Shown in pieces: positions 30,375 through 39,116 of a DNA stretch of 64,000 nucleotides (positions are counted from its first letter, which is position 1; every line of letters begins with the position of its first letter). The DNA lies in the NCBI GenBank assembly GCA_965267475.1, contig OZ254079.1, positions 1,438,209 through 1,502,208 of the forward strand, read 5' to 3'. A model generated the notes under the pieces. The model was not told the origin of the DNA, searched no databases, and saw only the letters and a program-made list of their open reading frames with translations. The DNA is from Paracoccaceae bacterium (GTDB taxonomy: Bacteria; Pseudomonadota; Alphaproteobacteria; Rhodobacterales; Rhodobacteraceae). The translations under genes were made by a program, and so were the position numbers.

Positions 30375-30407
30375 CCGGCCTCTGCGTCCCCACGCAGAGG
30401 CCGGTTT
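30375..30407 (+). terminator. rho-independent terminator, copy A
   Basis: 12-bp stem ccggcctctgcg / cgcagaggccgg, loop tcccca, then ttt. Confidence 0.8.
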
Positions 30408-31064
30408 ACGTTTGTGGGGCGCGCGCGCCGGATCCCGCCCACCCGGACGTATCCGGGGTGCCCGTTGATGCGGCCGAACCCTGTGCGAGACCCTGTGCCC
30501 GGCGATCGGAAGAGCGCCCTAGTAATAGACGCCATATCTGACGACGCCGCCGGCATAGCACCCTGTATCCGATTACCGCAGAGGGCGCGCCATGATCGGG
30601 GTCTTGGCGTTTCAGAATGACCCACAGGCTCAGACGGAAAGCCTCGCACAGTCGGTTCCGGCTGCCGGGTTGGGGCGTTTGTTCGGCCCCATGGCAGGCA
30701 TGTTCGTCCGATTGGCAGCGCATAGCCGCCTTCAAGGGGTGCCCAGATCTTTTTTCAAAAAGATTCTGAAAAAAGATTTTGAAACTTCCCCGCTGAATTT
30801 CAGGAGAAGCGGCCCCAAATCTGTAAGAATTCGGTCTCACGCGTCTGTGAAAACGCTCTAGAGTACTGAAAATAAATACTTTTGGCGAATAGGCTCTTCG
30901 ACGCGGGGTTCAAGGTTTCTCACGCGTTTTAGATGTGCGCGGATGCGCAGAACGCTGTTTCGAAACGGCCTTACATCCGCTCTCGCACAGCATATCTCAG
31001 CGTCATCGGAAGGCAGACACACCTTCCACTGACATGAAACAGACTGACACTAAGGATAGACCAA

Positions 31065-31556
31065 ATGAAACTCGCACTGACAACCGCACTCGTTCTCGCC
31101 GCAGCCGCACCGGCTTTCGCATCGAACCAACTGGCCCTGTCGCTCGGCGTTGAGCCTGGCACAGCCACCGTCCAGGAACTGGCCGTTCTGAAGTCCACGA
31201 TTGAATCTTCGGACAACGGCAACGCCTTCGCTTTTGACGGCGTGAAAGCCAAGATCAACGGCGACGTTGTTTCGACCCAGTCGGTCGCAGGCAACAGCCA
31301 GCTGGCCGCATCTCTCGGCGTCACCGGCACGGTCGGCGAATTGGCCGCTCTGAAAGGCGCGATCGAAAGCGCTGACGACAACAACATCGCAGCTGACGGC
31401 ATCCGTGCCCGCCTGGCTGGCGACGTTGTCTCGACGCAGAGCGTGATCACTCCGGGCCACGAGCAGTTCGCTGCTTCGCTGGGTGTTTCGGCTCAGGACT
31501 ATTCGGTTCTTGAACTGATCGAGCTGAAGTCGCGCATCGAAGAAGACCGCGACTAA
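31065..31556 (+). CDS. secreted three-repeat protein of unknown family, copy B (identical protein)
   Basis: Protein identical to copy A. The single coding difference is synonymous (GTC/GTT Val). Confidence 0.8.
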   Translation: MKLALTTALVLAAAAPAFASNQLALSLGVEPGTATVQELAVLKSTIESSDNGNAFAFDGVKAKINGDVVSTQSVAGNSQLAASLGVTGTVGELAALKGAIESADDNNIAADGIRARLAGDVVSTQSVITPGHEQFAASLGVSAQDYSVLELIELKSRIEEDRD

Positions 31557-31571
31557 TCTTCTCCTCCCCGA

Positions 31572-31610
31572 CGGGCCTGGGTCCCTCTCCCTCCCTCCCT
31601 GCTAGGCCCG
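31572..31610 (+). ncRNA. C/U-rich stem-loop in 3' UTR, copy B
   Basis: Same as copy A. The one substitution (C to T at 31603) changes a G-C pair to G-U, so the stem is preserved. Confidence 0.4.
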
Positions 31611-31618
31611 ACACAACA

Positions 31619-31651
31619 CCGGCCTCTGCGTCCCCACGCAGAGGCCGGTTT
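31619..31651 (+). terminator. rho-independent terminator, copy B
   Basis: Identical to copy A. Confidence 0.8.
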
Positions 31652-31677
31652 ACGTTTGTGGGGCGCTGGAAAGGTGA

Positions 31678-32595
31678 CTAGCGAAGAGCAGACGTGGCCA
31701 AGCGCGGCATGTGGCGTTCAACTTCGGGCTGGCGCATCCCGGACCGCAAGGCCGGATCGTACAACATCTTCAGCAGCGCTTCGTCATGCTTTGTCAGCAC
31801 ACCGTAGCGTTCGTTGTCATTGAAGATCGAATGCTGCGCGGTCTTGCAATCGTTCGGCAGGCCCATGCCCTGGGCGAGTTCTTCCTGAATGCAGGATGTG
31901 CGCATCCGGTCGGTATGCTCGGCCCGGATGATCGCCACAGCGCTGCGATAGCCCTTGGTTCGATCCGCATGGGGCACCGAAATGACCATGCAAAGATGGT
32001 TGGGCTGCATCCTGAGGATGCGATTGACAGACGCGTTGCTGATCCCTTCGACATTGGTCTTCAGGAATTGGCCTATCCCGCGGCGTTCGCCATCAGACAC
32101 AACCAGAATGTGGAAGTTGGCATCGCGGGCCACGGGCGCGATCGGATGCCGGGCCACCCCGGAGAGGTGGTTGAAATAGCTGCCGATCGCCTGTTTGTCG
32201 CGGGCGCGCTGCGCATCTGACACGGAGGCACCGAATGCCACCGAATAGCGGACCGGTACTTCCCAGCGCATCATAGGTTGCGACCCAGAAGCCCCATATT
32301 CGTGCCGCATCGCGATTTCGAAGAAGTTGTGGGCCAGGCGTGCAGGCGTCAATGCCATGGACGCAGGCGCGCGGTCCTGGCGAAGGTACCCTGATGATAC
32401 GAGCGATTCTTGCATAGAGGCGTAGTGCCGCGCCAAAGGGGTGGCATAGAGGCCGATCCCGGGCATTTTCGACTTAACGGATGCACTTTCGGCTGCAAGG
32501 CTTTGCGGGAAAAGCGAAATCGCGGCGCAGGTCAGCGCAGCCATCACGGTCTTTTTCCAGACGTATCCAGTCGCTTTCGCGGCTGTTCCTTGCAT
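31678..32595 (-). CDS. DUF2927-like exported protein
   Basis: Start set at MQGTAAKATGYVWKKTVMAALTCAAISLF (signal-like). Body motifs SCIQEELAQGMGLPNDC and HSIFNDNE match my recollection of DUF2927. The track start at 32778 is probably an extension. Confidence 0.6.
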   Translation of the reverse strand: MQGTAAKATGYVWKKTVMAALTCAAISLFPQSLAAESASVKSKMPGIGLYATPLARHYASMQESLVSSGYLRQDRAPASMALTPARLAHNFFEIAMRHEYGASGSQPMMRWEVPVRYSVAFGASVSDAQRARDKQAIGSYFNHLSGVARHPIAPVARDANFHILVVSDGERRGIGQFLKTNVEGISNASVNRILRMQPNHLCMVISVPHADRTKGYRSAVAIIRAEHTDRMRTSCIQEELAQGMGLPNDCKTAQHSIFNDNERYGVLTKHDEALLKMLYDPALRSGMRQPEVERHMPRLATSALR

Positions 32596-32997
32596 GCGCG
32601 GCCCCTTTCGCAGTGTCAGGAGCAGACAGTAGGACACGATTTCGCGATCTGGCAAGGGGGTCGGCGCAATGCCGGCAGACTTGACCTTGCGGCAACGCGG
32701 GAACGCATCTTCGTGCGCAGTCGTCAGATGATCCGCTGAATTGAAAGCCCGGGTCGCGGAAAAAGCTGGGAGAGCCATTTTGGATTCCGCGTAAGCCTTT
32801 GAAAAAAATTTACATTTTGCGCGCGCGGGTCCGGCCGTTCAGGTCAAGGAACCTCACGCAAATGCTTTGTGCGGAAACGCGCGAAACCCTGTCTCAAAAC
32901 GGGTCTTAGCAGGGCAGTTGCACAGCATACCTAGGCGTCAATCAAACCCGAAACAGCCATGTCCAAATCCAGCAGATTGACCAGAAGGATCCCAGCT

Positions 32998-33357
32998 ATG
33001 ACCAGAACTGCCCTTACGTTTGCCCTTGTTCTTGTTACTGCCGCCCCAGCCTTTGCGACCGAACAGCTTGCGCGGTCGCTTGGTGTGATCCCCGGTATCG
33101 CATCGCTCGGAGAGCTGGCGCTTCTCAAGTCCACGTTGGAAAGTGAAGACGACAACAACAACCGCGACTTCCGCTATCGACGGGACCGCCTGAACGCGCG
33201 TGCGATGGTCGAGGGCTTCGATCTGTCGCCGGACCACTTGCGTTTGGCCGCGTCGCTTGGCGTCCGGGCGCAGGATCACTCGGTTGCCGATCTTCTGGAG
33301 ATGCACGCAGACCGGAAGGCCCGCCGCGAGGCACGCCGCGCTTTTTGGCGCCGCTGA
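32998..33357 (+). CDS. divergent paralog of the secreted repeat protein (119 aa)
   Basis: RBS gaaggat. Signal MTRTALTFALVLVTAAPAFA. EQLARSLGVIPGIASLGELALLKSTLESEDDNN and LRLAASLGVRAQDHSVADLLEM repeats. Basic C-terminal tail. Confidence 0.7.
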   Translation: MTRTALTFALVLVTAAPAFATEQLARSLGVIPGIASLGELALLKSTLESEDDNNNRDFRYRRDRLNARAMVEGFDLSPDHLRLAASLGVRAQDHSVADLLEMHADRKARREARRAFWRR

Positions 33358-33459
33358 CGGGCGGTTTCCGCCAGACCGGTTGGGACCATGGCTTGACGCT
33401 TGGTCCGGAAACCCGCAAGGCTTCCGCCACAACAGAGCAGAAAAAACCAAGGAGCAGTC

Positions 33460-34746
33460 GTGGCAGGCACCACGCGCCCGTTTGCAAGGTTCGAATGGTT
33501 GATCGCCTGGCGGTATTTGCGTGCCAAACGCGCCGAGGGCGGTGTCAGCGTCATGACCTGGATCAGCCTGATCGGAATTACGTTGGCCGTCGCCGCGCTG
33601 ATCATCACGCTGGCCGTTCGGGCTGGCTTCCGCGAAGAATTCGTGGACTCGATCCTGGGGGCGAACGCCCATGTCACTGTCTACGCCGCAGCGCGTGCGG
33701 CCGAGAATGGCGGGATCAGCCGGACGATTTCGAATTATGAAGCTGTCGCCGCCGAAATTGCCCAGATCCCCGGCGTGACCCGTGCTGCTCCGCTTGTCAA
33801 AGGCCAGGTCATGGCCACGGCGGCGGGCCGTCCATCGGGGGTTGAGGTCTTCGGCATCGCAAAAGAAGATCTGATGACCCTTGAACGCATCGCCGATCCG
33901 GAGACCGGGCGCGGCGACATTCAGCGCTTTGATGACGGGGTGGCCATTGGGACCGGCGTTGCGCGGGAACTTGGCGTCGATGTGGGCGACGTCATCCGCA
34001 TCATTTCACCCAACGGGATCAAGACCGCGTTCGGCACATCCCCGCGTGTCTCGGATTATGAGATTGTCTATGTCTTTTCGGCCGGTCGGTTCGATATCGA
34101 CCGAACGCGGGTCTACATGCCCTTTGCGGAAGCTCAGATCTATTTCGACCGGGACGGGGTGGCCGATGAGATCGAGGTTATGGTCGACGCTCCGGAAGAG
34201 ATCGACCGCTTTGCGGCGCCGCTTCTTCGAGCCGGAGGGGACGGCGCGCTGCTTTGGACATGGCGAGACCGGTCAGGCGCATTCCTTCGCGCGCTGGAGG
34301 TCGAAGATACCGTCATGTTCGTTCTGATGTCGGTTCTGGTTCTGATCGCCTCGATGAACATCATTTCCGGCCTTGTGATGCTGGTCAAAAACAAGGGCCG
34401 CGACATCGGGATCTTGCGGACCATGGGTCTGACCGAGGGCTCGGTCATGCGGGTTTTCTTCATCTGCGGCGCGTTGGTCGGCCTGATCGGGACCATCTTT
34501 GGCGTGATCCTGGGCTGCCTTTTCGCGATATATTTCGATCAGATCCTGGCCTTCGTGAACGGTGCGGCTGGCGGCGGTGTCTGGGACGCTTCGATCCGCG
34601 GGATCTATCGCTTGCCCGCCAAGCTTGAGATGGGTGATGTGCTTGCCGCGGTGGGGCTGTCTTTGTTCCTGTCTTTCGTCATCACGCTGTTCCCGGCCCG
34701 CCGCGCGGCGCGTCTGAACCCGGTCGAGGCGCTTCGCTATGAGTGA
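33460..34746 (+). CDS. lipoprotein-releasing ABC transporter permease (LolC/E family)
   Basis: GTG start 5 nt after RBS aaggag. Begins [23 protein letters not shown], the typical LolC/E N-terminus. FtsX-type C-terminal TM bundle. Confidence 0.88.
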   Translation: MAGTTRPFARFEWLIAWRYLRAKRAEGGVSVMTWISLIGITLAVAALIITLAVRAGFREEFVDSILGANAHVTVYAAARAAENGGISRTISNYEAVAAEIAQIPGVTRAAPLVKGQVMATAAGRPSGVEVFGIAKEDLMTLERIADPETGRGDIQRFDDGVAIGTGVARELGVDVGDVIRIISPNGIKTAFGTSPRVSDYEIVYVFSAGRFDIDRTRVYMPFAEAQIYFDRDGVADEIEVMVDAPEEIDRFAAPLLRAGGDGALLWTWRDRSGAFLRALEVEDTVMFVLMSVLVLIASMNIISGLVMLVKNKGRDIGILRTMGLTEGSVMRVFFICGALVGLIGTIFGVILGCLFAIYFDQILAFVNGAAGGGVWDASIRGIYRLPAKLEMGDVLAAVGLSLFLSFVITLFPARRAARLNPVEALRYE

Positions 34747-35422
34747 TCCGACCCTGTCTTTGCGGGATGTCTCGAAGGCTTACAAGCGTGGGACCCCCGG
34801 CGAAGTCCGCGTGCTGGACGGCGCAAGCCTTGCCATTGCACCCGGCGAAATCGTGGCTTTGGTGGCCCCATCAGGCGCGGGCAAGTCCACGCTTCTGCAC
34901 ATTGCCGGGCTGCTGGATACGGCCGACGCAGGGCAGGTCTTGTTCGGAGGCACGGATATGTCCACCTTGTCCGACCGCAAGCGCACCGAGGCGCGGCGCC
35001 GGGATGCCGGGTTCATCTATCAGTTCCATCACCTGTTGCCCGAGTTCACGGCAATGGAAAACATTGCCTTGCCCCAACTGGCCGACGGCGCCTCGGCAGA
35101 AGCTGCTGGAGCCCGGGCCCGCGCGTTGCTGGATCTCGTCGGCCTGTCGGACCGGGCCGATCATCGCCCGGCAGCCTTGTCGGGGGGCGAACAGCAACGC
35201 GTCGCCTTTTGTCGGGCTCTGGCGAACGAACCGCGGCTTCTCCTCGCGGATGAACCCACTGGCAACCTGGATCCGGCCACCTCCGATGCCGTTTTCGATG
35301 TTCTTGTCAAACTTGTGCGCGGCACCGGGCTCGCGGCGCTAATCGCGACGCACAACCACGATCTCGCAGCTCGCATGGACCGCGTTCTGACGCTTGAAGG
35401 CGGCAAGATCACGCAGCGCTGA
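34739..35422 (+). CDS. lolD: lipoprotein-releasing ABC transporter ATP-binding protein
   Basis: Walker A PSGAGKST, signature LSGGEQQRV, Walker [13 protein letters not shown]. Overlaps the upstream permease gene by 8 nt. Confidence 0.9.
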   Translation: MSDPTLSLRDVSKAYKRGTPGEVRVLDGASLAIAPGEIVALVAPSGAGKSTLLHIAGLLDTADAGQVLFGGTDMSTLSDRKRTEARRRDAGFIYQFHHLLPEFTAMENIALPQLADGASAEAAGARARALLDLVGLSDRADHRPAALSGGEQQRVAFCRALANEPRLLLADEPTGNLDPATSDAVFDVLVKLVRGTGLAALIATHNHDLAARMDRVLTLEGGKITQR

Positions 35423-36335
35423 GATACCGGTCGATTGCTGTCCGCAGGTTTCCCAAATGTCGGGGATGCGGTGCCTCGGGAACAAGGCGACCGCTGAGTT
35501 CTTCGGCGATAAAAAACGGCAACAGGGCTTCGGCTTCGTCCAGCGCAATGAGATCGCCGTCGCCCAGCAACGCATCGCAGTCCGCTTTGGACAGACCCCA
35601 ACGCCAGGGTCCCGTCGCGGCGGGGTCGGAGAATTCGAGATAGACGAGGAACCGCGCGATGTCCTTGGCCAGCGCCAAATGCCGCCGGTTTTGAATATCG
35701 ACGCCCCAAATCATGCCGTCGTCGACCATAAGATTGATCGGCACGAAGTCACCGTGGCTGCGGGCCCGCGTGATGGGCTGGCCTTTAAGGAAAAAGCGAT
35801 CAGCCGCCATGGCATTGATCAAACCGATCATCCGCGCCTTGTCCTTGGGGTCAGGAATGTCGCCCAGTTCGTCAAATCGCTTCTGTATCCAGAACCCCCC
35901 GCCGAAGGGGTCCGTCTGGCGCCGGTCCCTGACATAGGTGCCCAGCCAGCGTCCGGCTTCGTGCAGCAAGTCGGATCTGCTGATCTTGTCCTGCTTAAGG
36001 GCCTTGTCGGTTCGCAGACCACCAGCGCGCGACATCAAAACCAAAGGGGTGGTCTCGCTGGCGTAGATCAGCTTGGGCACCCGGTATCGCCCCTTGGACA
36101 TGCGGGGTGCCTGATGGGCCAGTTCGGCGGCCTGTGCTGTCGCCATCTCTTGAGCGGTGTCGCCCATATGGATCTTCAAGATCAGATCCTTGCCTTTGAG
36201 CTTCGCTTGGAACACCGCGCGATCGGCTTTCGCCGACAGGCAGTCGCCCAGATCCAGATCTTTCAGGTCAGGGTCGCAGGCCACAGCCTTCTGTACGGCT
36301 TCCGTGGCCGCAAGGATCTGGTCGAGCGGGATCAC
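35409..36335 (-). CDS. protein kinase-like / aminoglycoside phosphotransferase-fold protein
   Basis: Catalytic-loop-like [11 protein letters not shown] (HGDxxxxN) and downstream GVDIQ (DxD-like). The 3' end overlaps convergent lolD by 14 nt. Confidence 0.6.
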   Translation of the reverse strand: MIPLDQILAATEAVQKAVACDPDLKDLDLGDCLSAKADRAVFQAKLKGKDLILKIHMGDTAQEMATAQAAELAHQAPRMSKGRYRVPKLIYASETTPLVLMSRAGGLRTDKALKQDKISRSDLLHEAGRWLGTYVRDRRQTDPFGGGFWIQKRFDELGDIPDPKDKARMIGLINAMAADRFFLKGQPITRARSHGDFVPINLMVDDGMIWGVDIQNRRHLALAKDIARFLVYLEFSDPAATGPWRWGLSKADCDALLGDGDLIALDEAEALLPFFIAEELSGRLVPEAPHPRHLGNLRTAIDRYLSAA

Positions 36336-36339
36336 CGCC

Positions 36340-36789
36340 TTAGCGCGCCATCTGGGTCAAAGCGACCCCGGCGGCCATAACCGCGATGCCCGCCGCGCGG
36401 GTGGCTGTCAGGGCGGATTGCTGGGCGCCGAACAGCCCGAAATGGTCGATCAGCGCTGCCGAGATCAACTGCCCCAGAAGGACAAAAAACACCGCGTTTC
36501 CAACGCCGAACTGGGGGGCCACCCAGGTGATCGACAGGACATAGAATGCGATCAGGAGACCGGCCGCAAAAAGATGCGCGGGCTGGGAGGGCAGGGTCGC
36601 CAGGGCCCGGGGTCCGCTCGTGGCCACCATGGTCGCCAAGGCCGCGACGAATGCCACCACGAACAGCACAGTGGCGGCAGCGGCGGGAGAGCCAATCCGC
36701 GCTCCAAGCGCTGCATTCAACGCCGCCAGGATCGGGATGCCGATCCCCGCGGCAAGCATGACGACGGCAAATCCGTAGGTCGGTGGCAT
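36340..36789 (-). CDS. DMT-superfamily small membrane protein (YdcZ/DUF606-like)
   Basis: 149 aa and 5 TM-like segments. LGQLISAALIDHFGLFG motif as in DUF606. Confidence 0.65.
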   Translation of the reverse strand: MPPTYGFAVVMLAAGIGIPILAALNAALGARIGSPAAAATVLFVVAFVAALATMVATSGPRALATLPSQPAHLFAAGLLIAFYVLSITWVAPQFGVGNAVFFVLLGQLISAALIDHFGLFGAQQSALTATRAAGIAVMAAGVALTQMAR

Positions 36790-36928
36790 GGGGGTCTCCT
36801 TTGATCATTACTGAATCAAAGGCCCGGCTCTGTGTCACCCCCAGAAATCCGTCCAATCTTGACCTCAATCAACGCATGGGACCGGGATGCCGACTATCCT
36901 TTGAACATCCCAGACAAAGGAGGCCGAG

Positions 36929-37333
36929 ATGTATGGAACCCGTATACTGTCTTTTTGTGCCATTGCGCTTTGCGGCGAGGCAACGGTTGCCTTGGCCGAT
37001 GCAGCCGAGGGTGCAGACATATTCGCCACGTATTGCGTCGCCTGCCACGGAGAAGAAGGCCGGGGCGATGGCCGAATGGCGCCTATCCTCAGCATCCTTC
37101 CTGCCGATCTGACGCAGCTCAGTGCCGAAAACGATGGTGTTTTCCCCACAAGCCGCATTACCCGAAAAATCGATGGACGCGATCCATTGCTGGCGCATGG
37201 CGGCGTCATGCCGCTTTACGGGATGTTCTTTGAGGGCAACGATCAGGCCATCGCGTCCGAGACCGGCCAACCGATCCTGACATCGAAACCAATCGTCGAT
37301 GTGACCGAATTCCTGATGTCCATTCAGGAATGA
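36929..37333 (+). CDS. class I c-type cytochrome
   Basis: Signal peptide, heme-binding CVACH, and a distal Met candidate (GGVMPLYG). Confidence 0.8.
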   Translation: MYGTRILSFCAIALCGEATVALADAAEGADIFATYCVACHGEEGRGDGRMAPILSILPADLTQLSAENDGVFPTSRITRKIDGRDPLLAHGGVMPLYGMFFEGNDQAIASETGQPILTSKPIVDVTEFLMSIQE

Positions 37334-37334
37334 T

Positions 37335-38018
37335 CTAGCTGCAGATCCCGCGCGTCTCCGCTCCGTCCCATGGCAATTGCACGGCATTGCGCGGAACCGG
37401 CGACTGACGCGCCGCTGTCGGGAAGACCTGTGCGACCAGCCGCGTCAGGTCTTTCGTGCGCGCGCCGGTCGGGTCGAGGGTGCGGCAACAGACGAACTCC
37501 TCGACGATCGTGCCCTGCTGTTCATAGGTGTAATCCAGGAAGGGACGGTCCGGATCGATGTCGACCAGATAGGGGTCATCGGAATCCACATGTTCGCTGG
37601 CCGCCTTCCAGGGCGCGTAACCGGTGATGTCGCGGCGTTGCCACTGCCAAACATGGGTCAATTCATGCGCAAGCCGCATCGCGTCGGTCAGACGGATGGT
37701 CTCGGGATAACGCTTCAGGAAGTCCTCGGAATGGGCCCAACGCGAATAGTAGAGCGTTTCGAACAACGCCAGCGCGGCGAAGGATCCGGTGACAGGTTCG
37801 GTTTCCAACGGGAAAAGCCGCTCGGCACAAGTCGTTTGCGGGCGTGGTTCACGGGTCACTTCGATCAGACCGACGACCGCGCCTTTCACGATCCGAACAT
37901 CTGAGGTGTCGACCTCATCGCCTTGCACGGTGGAAATGAACGCCCGTTCCGTTTCCGTCAGGGGGCGGCTGGCACAGGCAGAAATCAGAAGGGCAATACC
38001 CAGAATCGCAATACGCAT
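37335..38018 (-). CDS. lipoprotein with zincin-like HExxH motif
   Basis: Lipobox LLISAC. AHELTHVWQWQ resembles the HEL[AT]HV.Q motif of DUF4157-type zincins. Confidence 0.55.
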   Translation of the reverse strand: MRIAILGIALLISACASRPLTETERAFISTVQGDEVDTSDVRIVKGAVVGLIEVTREPRPQTTCAERLFPLETEPVTGSFAALALFETLYYSRWAHSEDFLKRYPETIRLTDAMRLAHELTHVWQWQRRDITGYAPWKAASEHVDSDDPYLVDIDPDRPFLDYTYEQQGTIVEEFVCCRTLDPTGARTKDLTRLVAQVFPTAARQSPVPRNAVQLPWDGAETRGICS

Positions 38019-38079
38019 GGGAGGGAGAGTTGGGGCAGGGGGCCGGGCTGTCCAGCCCCCTTTGGTTTGGGCATAGGCG

Positions 38080-38595
38080 TCAAAGCGCGCAGCCCACCTG
38101 TTGGCGATTGCCGGTCAGAAAGGCCCAGATCGCGGCGGGCACACAGAAGCTCGACACCAGGAAGGTTGCAGAGACGAGCGCGACCTTCAGCCCAAGGACG
38201 AACCCGAGCCAGGTGACCCCTGCGTCAAACGACCAGGCCGCGGCGGCCAGGATCATTGCGGCCATGAAGAAGGCGAACCGAACGGGGGCCTTGTTCCTTG
38301 GCAAGGGGGCCGCCTTGACCACATGCCGGATGCCCCAATTGTAAATATATTCAAAGGGATGATGGGGCAGGATCACCGCGGCAAGCGCCACGGGAACCAT
38401 CTGCCAGAGCGTGGCCGCATCGGCCGAGGCCGTGGCGATCAGCGCCTGGGTTCCACCGATGGCAAAAGCCATCTTGGTCCAGGGCAGCATCCGGCGATAG
38501 GCCGGGTCGTCGTGATATTCAATTCCGCGCAATTGCAGGCGGGCAAGGGTTGTTTGGTCAATCATAGTGTCGTCCTCTTGAATGAATGAAGTCAT
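38080..38595 (-). CDS. hypothetical 4-TM membrane protein
   Basis: Coding-like ORF with four hydrophobic segments, possibly DUF4395-like (recollection only). The start could be Met11. Confidence 0.5.
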   Translation of the reverse strand: MTSFIQEDDTMIDQTTLARLQLRGIEYHDDPAYRRMLPWTKMAFAIGGTQALIATASADAATLWQMVPVALAAVILPHHPFEYIYNWGIRHVVKAAPLPRNKAPVRFAFFMAAMILAAAAWSFDAGVTWLGFVLGLKVALVSATFLVSSFCVPAAIWAFLTGNRQQVGCAL

Positions 38596-38672
38596 AGGGG
38601 ACGTTTTCGGCAGGGGGCCGCGACTGGCCGTGATGTCCGGCGTGAGTTCTGCGCGAAAAAGGCGTGAACGCC

Positions 38673-39116
38673 TTATCGGGCAGGGGCGCCGTTCATCGGA
38701 TCGGCTTGCCAGGCGAGGATGAAGGCGAGCGCGGTTTGGGCGCGCTCGGCAGCGCGACCCGATGCGGGTTCGGCGCGGATTTGCGCCTCGGCCCGGGCCA
38801 GCAGGGCGGCGCGAGTGGCTGGGTCGGCGGTGCGGGCCATATCGCGGATCAGGGACTTGATCCGGGTCAGATCGGCAAGCGTCGCGGCATGGGCGGCCTT
38901 GGAAAGGTCGGGCGACATGGTGCCGATGGTAAAAGGCTTCAGCGCAACGATGTCTTCCAACCCCTCAAGCCGAGGCCGGGACAGGGACAGATAACTTTGC
39001 ACCGGGTAATGGGTCTGGCGATAGGCGGCATAGGTGTCATTGTCGTCAGCCCAGGTGGGGGCGGCCAGGGTCAAACCTATTGCAGCGATGGAGGTCCAGA
39101 AACGCATGGCGAACAT
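38673..39116 (-). CDS. secreted hypothetical protein
   Basis: Start set at MFAMRFWTSIAAIGLTLAAPTWA (signal peptide). The track start at 39272 adds a non-coding-looking extension. Confidence 0.5.
   Translation of the reverse strand: MFAMRFWTSIAAIGLTLAAPTWADDNDTYAAYRQTHYPVQSYLSLSRPRLEGLEDIVALKPFTIGTMSPDLSKAAHAATLADLTRIKSLIRDMARTADPATRAALLARAEAQIRAEPASGRAAERAQTALAFILAWQADPMNGAPAR

Larger units (their letters stand above)
29664..30422 (+). repeat. 759-bp direct repeat, copy A (leader + gene + 3' UTR + terminator)
   Basis: Identical to 30908-31666 except for 2 positions (30243 C vs T, 30359 C vs T). Offset is 1244 bp. Confidence 0.97.
30908..31666 (+). repeat. 759-bp direct repeat, copy B
   Basis: See copy A. 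The flanks on both sides are unrelated to those of copy A. Confidence 0.97.

Noticed and set aside
30406-30840. 144-aa minus-strand ORF and other ORFs (30203-30649, 30592-30861) in the spacer between the duplicated units.
   Set aside because: Their translations have no signal, motif or RBS. They overlap one another in different frames and run into the terminator of copy A. I treat them as non-coding.
29664-31666. Considered whether the 1244-bp-periodic repeat could be a CRISPR array, an IS element or a composite transposon.
   Set aside because: There are only two copies of a 759-bp unit. The unit encodes a secreted protein. It has no short repeat-spacer pattern, no terminal inverted repeats and no transposase or integrase ORF.
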